Source of the DNA: Parcubacteria group bacterium | GTDB lineage: Bacteria > Patescibacteriota > Minisyncoccia > Moranbacterales > UBA2206 | Length of the DNA: 64,000 nucleotides | Reading direction: 5' to 3' | NCBI GenBank assembly: GCA_041659505.1 | Contig: JBAZYF010000004.1 | Location: 14,922-78,921, forward strand | Part shown: positions 57,161 to 64,000 of the stretch, one piece after another | Layout: each line of letters opens with the position of its first letter | Position numbering within the stretch: position 1 is the first letter of the stretch | The notes under the pieces: model-generated | The model's database searches: none | Seen by the model: the letters and a program-made list of their open reading frames with translations, nothing else | What the model was told of the DNA's origin: nothing | Made by a program: the position numbers and the translations under genes

Positions 57161-57847
57161 CTATTCCAAAATATATTTTTCTAATTCTTTTTTCTCCCTG
57201 AAATAATCGATGTTATTTTGCATAAACTTTTCATATTCCAATGGATCATTATCAAACTGACCGAGGATTGTTTCTTTCACGCAGAGTTTCCCATCCCTCT
57301 TTCCAGTATAGTCTAAATAACTAGAACATGGCCAGTCTTTTTCAGGATAGTTATGAATCGCATGATTAGCGTTTACATAAACCGAGAGATGCAAAAGATA
57401 TTCATTAGAATCGATATGGATGGATTTGAATGGTCCTTGAAAAAGAGAACCGGAACGGGCGTGTTTTTTATTGAAATATGCTGTATACCCAGAGCTAATT
57501 TTCAACATGAATTTACTTATTCCGTTTTTTTGTAGCTGCCTCAAAACAAAATGGTAATGGTTTGGATTAAGACAGTAATAAATTATTTCTACTAATTTTT
57601 TGATTTCGGGATTGTTAACGGCATTAGGGGCTAAGTCCCCTATAGGGGACTTAGCCCCTTGAATTGCCACTAACTTTTCTCGATAATTTTTTTCATACAA
57701 ACTTCCAATCGCTTCAATACGATTAAATTCATTCATACCCACAATAAACCGAGTATAATCTCCATCACTCAAGAACACCTCCCGCTTATCCACTCCGCGA
57801 TTGTAGATATGATAATATTCGCCATTGGCAAATTCTGTTTTTCGCAT
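57161..57847 (-). mobile_element. IS200-like Y1 (HuH) transposase, REP-associated tyrosine transposase (RAYT)-like, carrying an in-frame 32-bp palindrome
   Basis: YHIYNRGVDKREVF N-terminus. HuH motif NHYHFVLRQ. Downstream catalytic region YLLHLSVYVNANHAIHNY. No flanking IS ends detected, so the gene appears to stand alone. Confidence 0.7.
57627..57658. repeat. perfect palindrome GGGGCTAAGTCCCC-TATA-GGGGACTTAGCCCC inside the RAYT ORF (encodes GAKSPIGDLAPN in frame)
   Basis: Seen directly in the sequence. Both arms are exact reverse complements. Confidence 0.85.
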
Positions 57848-57861
57848 GTTGCTTCAATATG

Positions 57862-59325
57862 TCAGTAATTACGCATCCAATCACTGGGGTTTAAAAGATT
57901 TGGTTTTGGCTCTGTATTTATTTCATCATGTCTCGTGGAAATACTTATGCCAGCACAATCTAATTGGACGACAAAATTAAGAAAGTTGCCATTATCGTAT
58001 TTGCTTAAAACTTGTTTTTTTGCTTCTGGGATTTTGGTAATCGAAAGGTCTATCATATAAATCATTCTACTGGGAAGTGCTGTTATGAATTCTTTTGATG
58101 GCACCTCGAATATTTCCATTGTTTTTATACCTACTTCAGCACGTTCAAAAACAATTCTCAACCAGTCTACCCGCTTATTAATCATTTCTCTTAACTGTCG
58201 CGTCTTAGGATTAACAGTGGATTCGCTACTATCGGAAAAATAGCCATTTAAAAAAGTTTGCACCCTAAATAATTCATGCAAATAACCTTGACTGAAATTA
58301 GACCAGATATTACGTCGCAACTCTTCACAATAATCATCATATTGATTATGATTTTTTTCTATTTCTGATATTCTTCCTACTACACGCTCCTGATAAGCGT
58401 CCTCCCATCTATTCATCTTAATATAATCCAAAATATCATTTCGCCCCATATTTTGTAACTCTTGAATAAGGCGCCTCGCTTCATCTTTATCCTCGGGGGC
58501 TGGCGGAATCGCTTCATACTTTTTTTTGGGCTTATCTCGATATGCCTGCTCTTTCTCTAGAATCCGAATTTTGTCTGTGACGACTCTCAATTGAGGCTTC
58601 AATTTATTACATTCATTACTTATTTCCCCAATCTTCACAGATAACTCAGAAGACGTTTGAGAAAGTTCTGCACATTTTTGTTTAAAACTATTTTCTTTTT
58701 GTTCCTCTGTGATACCCAATTCTCGTTCTTGAGCTATTGTTGTGATAAGCGGCTCTTCTTGAGTTTTGTGTGCTAATTTTATCTCGCTTAATTTATTTTC
58801 ATAGGACTGCAGTAATTTAGAATCTTCTTCTGAAAATTTTTTAAACTCAGTCAAAGATTCATCGCGTTGAGCTTTTTCTTTTTTTCTTTTCCAAAATTTG
58901 AGACGAGAAATTTTCATCGACTGAAGCTCTTCTTTTTTGCCCAAGCGCTCCTCTGTTCTAATCCTTGTTTGCTGTATTTTATTCTCGATCGCCAAAATAT
59001 CCTCTGCTTGTTTTGCTCGCAGTTGAGAAAGTTGCTCTTCCAGCTGGCTAGTATTTAAAGTATGGGACTCTCTGGATTTAGCCACTGAATCTTTCACATA
59101 ACTCCATTCTATTATAAGCCGTTGTTGTTGTTTTTCTGTTTCACGCTTCTGCTTATTAAGTGTCTCAACCTGCAGACGCATTTCTTCTATCACTGGCATA
59201 ATTTGCTTTTCCCTACCACGCAAATCATCCAGCATGCGATTTAATTCGTCTTGTGTATATTTCTCAGGAGTAAACTCTTGACTTATTTGTTCCTGAGGTT
59301 TTTGTTTTGGTTCTTTTATATCCAT
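57862..59325 (-). CDS. hypothetical coiled-coil protein with a globular C-terminal domain
   Basis: About 280 aa of K/E/Q-rich heptad-like sequence, followed by an about 200-aa C-terminal domain of unknown family. Confidence 0.4.
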   Translation of the reverse strand: MDIKEPKQKPQEQISQEFTPEKYTQDELNRMLDDLRGREKQIMPVIEEMRLQVETLNKQKRETEKQQQRLIIEWSYVKDSVAKSRESHTLNTSQLEEQLSQLRAKQAEDILAIENKIQQTRIRTEERLGKKEELQSMKISRLKFWKRKKEKAQRDESLTEFKKFSEEDSKLLQSYENKLSEIKLAHKTQEEPLITTIAQERELGITEEQKENSFKQKCAELSQTSSELSVKIGEISNECNKLKPQLRVVTDKIRILEKEQAYRDKPKKKYEAIPPAPEDKDEARRLIQELQNMGRNDILDYIKMNRWEDAYQERVVGRISEIEKNHNQYDDYCEELRRNIWSNFSQGYLHELFRVQTFLNGYFSDSSESTVNPKTRQLREMINKRVDWLRIVFERAEVGIKTMEIFEVPSKEFITALPSRMIYMIDLSITKIPEAKKQVLSKYDNGNFLNFVVQLDCAGISISTRHDEINTEPKPNLLNPSDWMRNY

Positions 59326-59444
59326 ACTGTGTAGAATTATAAAATAAATTTTATCAACTTAAAATTTTATTAGAAAAATAGCTTCTCATTATTTCACATA
59401 GTTCCTCCTTCGAAAAAATCAAGCCAATCCTTTAATCCTGCAAA

Positions 59445-60842
59445 TCATGGTTCAGACAATTTACTAACCACCTCCCAACCATTCCCCGCACCGATAGCAA
59501 TCACCACATCGTCCGTGCCGATTTTATCTTTAAGAAATTCCACCACCTCATCAATCGTCGCAATATGCTCCGCTTTGCCACGATCATATTTATTGACCAG
59601 ATCCACCAGATCTTTTGAATGCACGCCACCTTGCGCTTCACGAGCACTGCCATAGATATCGAGAATAATCACATGATCTGCATCAGAAAAGCTTTGGGAA
59701 AACTCCGAAAGCAAGGCTTTGGTGCGCGTGAAGGTGTGGGGATGAAAAATTGCCCAAATATTTTTCTCCGGATATAGTTCGCGCGCCGCTTGGAGTGTCG
59801 CCCGAATTTCATCCGGATGATGACCATAGTCATCAATGAGCGTTGCACCGTTGCGTTCACCGATAAATTCGAATCTGCGCGCCGTCCCACGAAAAGTTTT
59901 GAGCGCCTCTTGGATTTTCTCCGCGCTAAAATTAAGCTTGTGGCAAACCGCAATTACGGCCAGCGCATTTAGCACATTATGTTTTCCAAATAATTGTATT
60001 TCAAATTTTCCCAAATTTTCTTCTCCACGCAATACCTCAAATATCTGACTCGGAAGCATCGAGACTTCTCTTTTTAATTCTAAATTAATTATCTGATAAT
60101 CACAATCGGCAGAAAAACCATAGGTCAAAACTGCACAGGTCGCTTCCTTGGCAACTTCTAGAGTAGAGGTTGCATCACCGCAAACGACCAAAAAACCAGT
60201 TTTGGGAATTCTTGCTACAAAATCCTTAAAGACTTTTTTATACGCCTCAAAATCCGGGAAAAAATCCGGGTGATCGTAATCACAACTGGTCAAAATTACG
60301 CTGTTGGGATTGTAGCGCGCTAATTTATTCTGATACTCATCCGCTTCCAATACGAAAATCTCCCCTGTTCCAGTAAGTGCGTTTCCTGCCCAATTCGTCA
60401 CGCAACTGCCAATTGCCGCTCCAGGCTCCGCACCCAATTCTTTCAATGTATTGGCGAGCCAGGCTGAAGTAGTGGTTTTTCCATGCGTCCCACAAATCGC
60501 AATCCCATAGCGCCCATTAAAAAGTTGCGCTAATATTTCCGGATAACTGATTATTGGTAATTTTCTTTTGATTATTTCCTGAACCTCCACATTATTATTT
60601 TCGTTATAGGCGCTGGAATGAATTACCAAATCAATATCGGCTGGAATATTGTCCGCCGAAAATTTTTCGAAATACTGGATCTGATTTTTCTGAAGCACCG
60701 CATCGGTGAAAAACTTTTCCGCCGTATCAGAGCCTATTACCTCAATTCCCCCGGCCTTTAGTATTTCCGCAACACCCACCACGCCAGAACCTTTGATGCC
60801 AATCACATAAACTTTTTTGATTTTTTCCAGATCGATTGCCAT
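59445..60842 (-). CDS. murC: UDP-N-acetylmuramate--L-alanine ligase
   Basis: VYVIGIKGSGVVGVAEIL ... GTHGKTTTS Mur ligase motifs. Confidence 0.9.
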   Translation of the reverse strand: MAIDLEKIKKVYVIGIKGSGVVGVAEILKAGGIEVIGSDTAEKFFTDAVLQKNQIQYFEKFSADNIPADIDLVIHSSAYNENNNVEVQEIIKRKLPIISYPEILAQLFNGRYGIAICGTHGKTTTSAWLANTLKELGAEPGAAIGSCVTNWAGNALTGTGEIFVLEADEYQNKLARYNPNSVILTSCDYDHPDFFPDFEAYKKVFKDFVARIPKTGFLVVCGDATSTLEVAKEATCAVLTYGFSADCDYQIINLELKREVSMLPSQIFEVLRGEENLGKFEIQLFGKHNVLNALAVIAVCHKLNFSAEKIQEALKTFRGTARRFEFIGERNGATLIDDYGHHPDEIRATLQAARELYPEKNIWAIFHPHTFTRTKALLSEFSQSFSDADHVIILDIYGSAREAQGGVHSKDLVDLVNKYDRGKAEHIATIDEVVEFLKDKIGTDDVVIAIGAGNGWEVVSKLSEP

Positions 60843-60861
60843 ATGTTTAAAACTAAAAAAA

Positions 60862-61965
60862 TTATTCTTTGATCATTCCCAGGATCCCCTGTGCAATTTT
60901 TTCTGTCGCATCAGGATGATAGAATGTCGCAATATTCTCAGCCAGTTTCTCGCGCAATGCTTCATTCTCCATCAACTCGTCGATTTTTTCTAAGAGCATA
61001 TGCTCGCCCATATTACTTTCTTCCATCACGATACATCCACCGATTCGCGCCAAAGAATAGGCGTTCATCCGTTGATGATCGCTCGCAGATGTTTCCAGGG
61101 GAATGAGAATGGCTGGTTTTTTGTTGGCAGCAATCTCGGAAATAGTCGTTGCACTACCACGAGAAATTACCAGATCCGCCACTGCAAGAACGTCTTCAAT
61201 ATTTTCCTTGATAAAGGCGATCGGATAATAACCTTCGCGCCCCGCCTTAAAACCAAGTTCTCCCGCCATATGAACAACATTTTCAAAATCATGTTCTCCT
61301 GTTTGATGAATAATTTGATATTTGTGCAAAAGTTGAGGCAAGATCCGCAAAATTTTATCATTGATACTTTTCGCCCCTTGTGATCCGCCCGTGACAAAGA
61401 TGACTTTTTTTGACTCTGTGAGATTGAACGTTTGTCTGGCGCGATTAACATCGCCCTGCGTAATTTTTTCACTCAAAGGGTTACCCGTAAGCACCACTTG
61501 CGCCGCCGGAAAATATTTTTCCGCTTCCGGATAAGACACCGCCACGCGATCGGAAAATTTTCCCAACATTGAGTTGGCCAATCCCGGATTGGAATCTGAC
61601 TCGTGGATCATAATCGGGATACGATAAAGCCAACCGACGACGACGACCGGAAAAGAAGCATAGCCGCCTTTGGAAAAAATCGCGTCCGGCATCAAAACCA
61701 ACAAAAGCCACATTGATTTTAATATTCCAAAAGGAATCTTAAAAAAATCGGTCACATTCTGGAAAGAAAAATAACGGCGCAATTTTCCCGCCTGGATATT
61801 GCGGATCGGGATATTTTCCCGCCCCATAATTTCATCTTCCAACTTGCCCTTCGGACCGATGAAATAGAATTCCACCTCCGGCACAATTTCTCTGATTTTC
61901 TTGGCCACCGCTATGAGCGGAGTCAGATGTCCGCCAGTCCCCCCTCCGGTAAGTACGATACGCAT
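60862..61965 (-). CDS. murG: undecaprenyldiphospho-muramoylpentapeptide beta-N-acetylglucosaminyltransferase (start at internal MRIVLTGGG)
   Basis: RIVLTGGGTGGHLTPLIAVA G-loop. C-terminal UDP-GlcNAc-binding domain. Confidence 0.9.
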   Translation of the reverse strand: MRIVLTGGGTGGHLTPLIAVAKKIREIVPEVEFYFIGPKGKLEDEIMGRENIPIRNIQAGKLRRYFSFQNVTDFFKIPFGILKSMWLLLVLMPDAIFSKGGYASFPVVVVGWLYRIPIMIHESDSNPGLANSMLGKFSDRVAVSYPEAEKYFPAAQVVLTGNPLSEKITQGDVNRARQTFNLTESKKVIFVTGGSQGAKSINDKILRILPQLLHKYQIIHQTGEHDFENVVHMAGELGFKAGREGYYPIAFIKENIEDVLAVADLVISRGSATTISEIAANKKPAILIPLETSASDHQRMNAYSLARIGGCIVMEESNMGEHMLLEKIDELMENEALREKLAENIATFYHPDATEKIAQGILGMIKE

Positions 61966-61987
61966 AAATTTCGTATTTGATAAAAAA

Positions 61988-63088
61988 TTAATTATTACCA
62001 ATTTGCTTGGAAATATTCAAAAGCACGCCGATTCCTGCCATCAGAAAAACGAGCGACGTTCCACCATAGCTAATGAAGGGCAATGGAATGCCGGTGAGCG
62101 GGATGAGGCCGGAAATGGCGGAGATGTTGATGAAGGCCTGAAAAACAATCCAGGAAGTGATGCCGACGGCAGCTAATTGCGAAAAGCGATCTGGGGCATT
62201 TTGTGCTATGCGAAAACCGATCATCGCCAACGCTAAAAATAAAATAACTATAACAACCACGCCGATCAAGCCCAATTCCTCACCGATAATCGCAAAGATC
62301 GAATCACCAACCGGTTCCGGCAGATAATTAAATTTTTGCATGCTATGGCCCAGACCCACGCCAAAAATTCCACCCGAACCAATCGCCAGAAGCGCCTGAT
62401 TGATCTGATAGCCGATCCCGCGCGGATCAAGTTCAGGATGGAGAAATACTAAGAACCGATCCATCCGATAGGACTCAAATTTGATGAGCAGTCCCAAGGC
62501 GGCAAAACCGGAAATTGCTATTAGTGCCATATGAGACAGCCTCGCGCCAGAAATGAAAAAAATCGACATGGCAATAAAAATAATCACGCCAAGCGTTCCC
62601 ATATCTGGCTGTTTTTCCAAAAGAAAACTAACCACCGCTACCACTGCTAGAAACGGCAAAAGTCCCTCATAGAAATCCTTCACTTTTTCCGCCCGGCTTT
62701 CCAGCCAGGCCGCCAGATAAATAATAATCGACAATTTCAACATTTCTGAAGGCTGGAAAGAAAACGGACCGAGTTGCAACCAACGACTGGCTCCGTAGAC
62801 CCGAGAACCGACACCTGGCACGAAAACGAGAATAAGCAGAAAAATGCTTAAGATAAACAAGGGAAAGGCAATTTTTTTCCAAAAATTATAGTTGATTTTT
62901 TGCACTGCATAGAGAACTAGGAGTCCCGGCAAAACTCCATAGAATAATTGATGCTTGAAAAAATAGTAGGAATCGCCAAACCGACTATGCGAATAAGCGA
63001 TGCCCGCCGATGCGATCATCGCCAAACCAAAAGTGAGCAGTGTCAGAACGACAAATAATAAATTTTTGTTTATTGTTTTTCCCGCCAT
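61988..63088 (-). CDS. ftsW: SEDS-family peptidoglycan glycosyltransferase FtsW/RodA
   Basis: 10-TM SEDS protein. SRWLQLGPFSFQPSEMLKLSIIIYLAAWL motif. Confidence 0.88.
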   Translation of the reverse strand: MAGKTINKNLLFVVLTLLTFGLAMIASAGIAYSHSRFGDSYYFFKHQLFYGVLPGLLVLYAVQKINYNFWKKIAFPLFILSIFLLILVFVPGVGSRVYGASRWLQLGPFSFQPSEMLKLSIIIYLAAWLESRAEKVKDFYEGLLPFLAVVAVVSFLLEKQPDMGTLGVIIFIAMSIFFISGARLSHMALIAISGFAALGLLIKFESYRMDRFLVFLHPELDPRGIGYQINQALLAIGSGGIFGVGLGHSMQKFNYLPEPVGDSIFAIIGEELGLIGVVVIVILFLALAMIGFRIAQNAPDRFSQLAAVGITSWIVFQAFINISAISGLIPLTGIPLPFISYGGTSLVFLMAGIGVLLNISKQIGNN

Positions 63089-63750
63089 TTTTTTATCTCA
63101 TTATGATTTCCGCTGAGTAGCACTTCTGGCACTTGCCAGCCATTAAAATTTTCCGGCTTGCTGTATTGTGGATGCTCTTTATAGTTTTTTTCTTTATGCG
63201 ATTCATGCTTCGCACTTTCCGCGTTTCCTAAAACTCCCGGCAAGAGCCGCGTCACCGAATCCACAAGTACCATAGCCGGAAGCTCCCCACCTGTAAGAAC
63301 ATAATCACCGATCGAAATCTCTTCATCGGCAATTTGCTCTGCCACCCGCTCGTCCACACCCTCATAGCGCCCGCAGATCAAAATTAGATTGGCATATTTT
63401 GAGAGTCGCTCCGCCGTCCGTTGGGTATATTTTTTGCCTTTGGCAGAAAATAAAATTGTTCTGGTTTCCGCCCTAGGCGGACCCGCCTTGGGCGGGTTTT
63501 CTTCCCTGCTTTTTGCAATCAGCTTTTTCACAGCTTCCACGCAAGCATAAATCGGCTGAACTTGTAGCACCATCCCTGCTCCTCCGCCATAAGGCGTATC
63601 ATCAACTTTTCCATGCTTATCGGTCGTGTGATCCCGCAAATTATGCGCGGTAACTTCGATCGCCCCACTTTTTTGGGCACGACCAATAATTGACTCTTTG
63701 AGATAGGAGTCGAAAATAGACGAAAAAATTGTAACAATATGAAATTGCAT
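63070..63750 (-). CDS. trmD: tRNA (guanine37-N1)-methyltransferase
   Basis: FHIVTIFSSIFDSYLKESIIGRAQKSGAIEV ... DDTPYGGGAGMVL and a SPOUT knot region. Confidence 0.9.
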   Translation of the reverse strand: MQFHIVTIFSSIFDSYLKESIIGRAQKSGAIEVTAHNLRDHTTDKHGKVDDTPYGGGAGMVLQVQPIYACVEAVKKLIAKSREENPPKAGPPRAETRTILFSAKGKKYTQRTAERLSKYANLILICGRYEGVDERVAEQIADEEISIGDYVLTGGELPAMVLVDSVTRLLPGVLGNAESAKHESHKEKNYKEHPQYSKPENFNGWQVPEVLLSGNHNEIKKWREKQ

Positions 63751-63840
63751 AATAATCTAATCATAGCAAAATAAATCAAAAAAGGCTAACTTTCGTCAGC
63801 CTTGAATTTTGTTTGCTATAATACACATTATACCTAAAAA
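63751..63840 (-). promoter_or_regulatory. trmD-ftsW-murG-murC leader: TATAAT -10 element, then a GGCTGAC-gaaag-TTAGCCT hairpin + T-run, immediately before the trmD ATG
   Basis: Minus strand reads ggTATAATgtg ... aaggctgacgaaagttagccttttttgatttattttgctatgattagattattATG. Confidence 0.35.
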
Positions 63841-63844
63841 AACT

Positions 63845-63888
63845 AAAAAGGCCTCTGGGGAAAATTCTTCCCCGAAGGCCTTTTTTTG
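63845..63888. terminator. bidirectional rho-independent terminator (GGCCTCTGGGGAA-aattc-TTCCCCGAAGGCC flanked by an A-run and a T-run)
   Basis: Seen directly in the sequence. Lies downstream of the partial minus-strand gene at the window edge. Confidence 0.65.
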
Positions 63889-63892
63889 AAAC

Positions 63893-64000
63893 TTATCTTA
63901 GCCCTGCAGTTTTCTGCAGGGCGTGAACGACCTCTGCAATGCCGATTTTTTTGTCGCCGTTGACGTCGCCACTGACGTCTACGGAAACGCTTTTCCCTGC
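63893..64000 (-). CDS. 3' end of a gene truncated by the window edge; C-terminus contains a dockerin/EF-hand-like loop DVNGDKKIGIAE
   Basis: The only open frame reads ...SVDVSGDVNGDKKIGIAEVVHALQKTAGLR-stop. The 12-residue D-x-N-x-D...E Ca-binding loop resembles a dockerin repeat. Confidence 0.3.
   Translation of the reverse strand, partial: AGKSVSVDVSGDVNGDKKIGIAEVVHALQKTAGLR

Noticed and set aside
1-64000. Global UGA recoding (genetic code 4 or 25, as in Gracilibacteria/SR1 or Mycoplasma), suggested by the in-frame TGA in def.
   Set aside because: Dozens of long conserved ORFs (the 1098-aa RND pump, the 926-aa and 730-aa P-type ATPases, 783-aa SMC, 738-aa NrdD) are intact under the standard code. 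Frequent TGA sense codons would fragment them. The def TGA is therefore treated as a local event.

Overview
This 64-kb window comes from an AT-rich (about 40% GC) bacterial genome with short, tightly packed genes, all but one on the minus strand. Almost no gene has a Shine-Dalgarno sequence, aspS is of the archaeal type and proS is a short form. This pattern is consistent with a CPR/Patescibacteria-like lineage, which is an inference and not a database result. Translation uses the standard code, since many ORFs of 700-1100 aa are intact.

Housekeeping content:
- Translation and RNA processing: def (with an in-frame TGA), tRNA-Glu(CUC), rnc, nusB, rpmF, hpf, trmD, proS, aspS and a cyclophilin.
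- Chromosome maintenance: smc, scpA and scpB.
- Cell envelope: mraY, a DD-carboxypeptidase, murB, murC, murG and ftsW.
- ComEC, split into two ORFs.
- A nrdR-nrdD-(small glycyl-radical ORF)-nrdG operon.
- A roughly 10-kb copper/metal island: an RND efflux pump with its adaptor, two csoR genes, copA and an HMA-membrane-cupredoxin fusion.
- A Ca-type P-type ATPase.
- ApbE next to a ferric-reductase-like membrane protein.

Most unusual features:
1. An 11-kb array of seven tandem paralogous secreted beta-helix proteins. Their central regions are divergent, but they share a signal peptide and an identical extreme C-terminal tail of the form ...D-x-T-x-P-x-x-P-S/T-G-L-x-V-[E/D/N]-stop. They are ordered symmetrically as A-B-B'-C-D-C'-A'.
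2. A free-standing 86-aa copy of the NrdD zinc-ribbon plus glycyl-radical tail. It resembles a GrcA-type spare part for the class III ribonucleotide reductase.
3. An unusually dense set of MITE/REPIN-like palindromic intergenic elements, at least nine copies in at least four families. Several families share a CTTACGYAWTYGCC terminal repeat. An IS200-like Y1 (RAYT) transposase gene lies in the same window and itself carries an in-frame 32-bp perfect palindrome.
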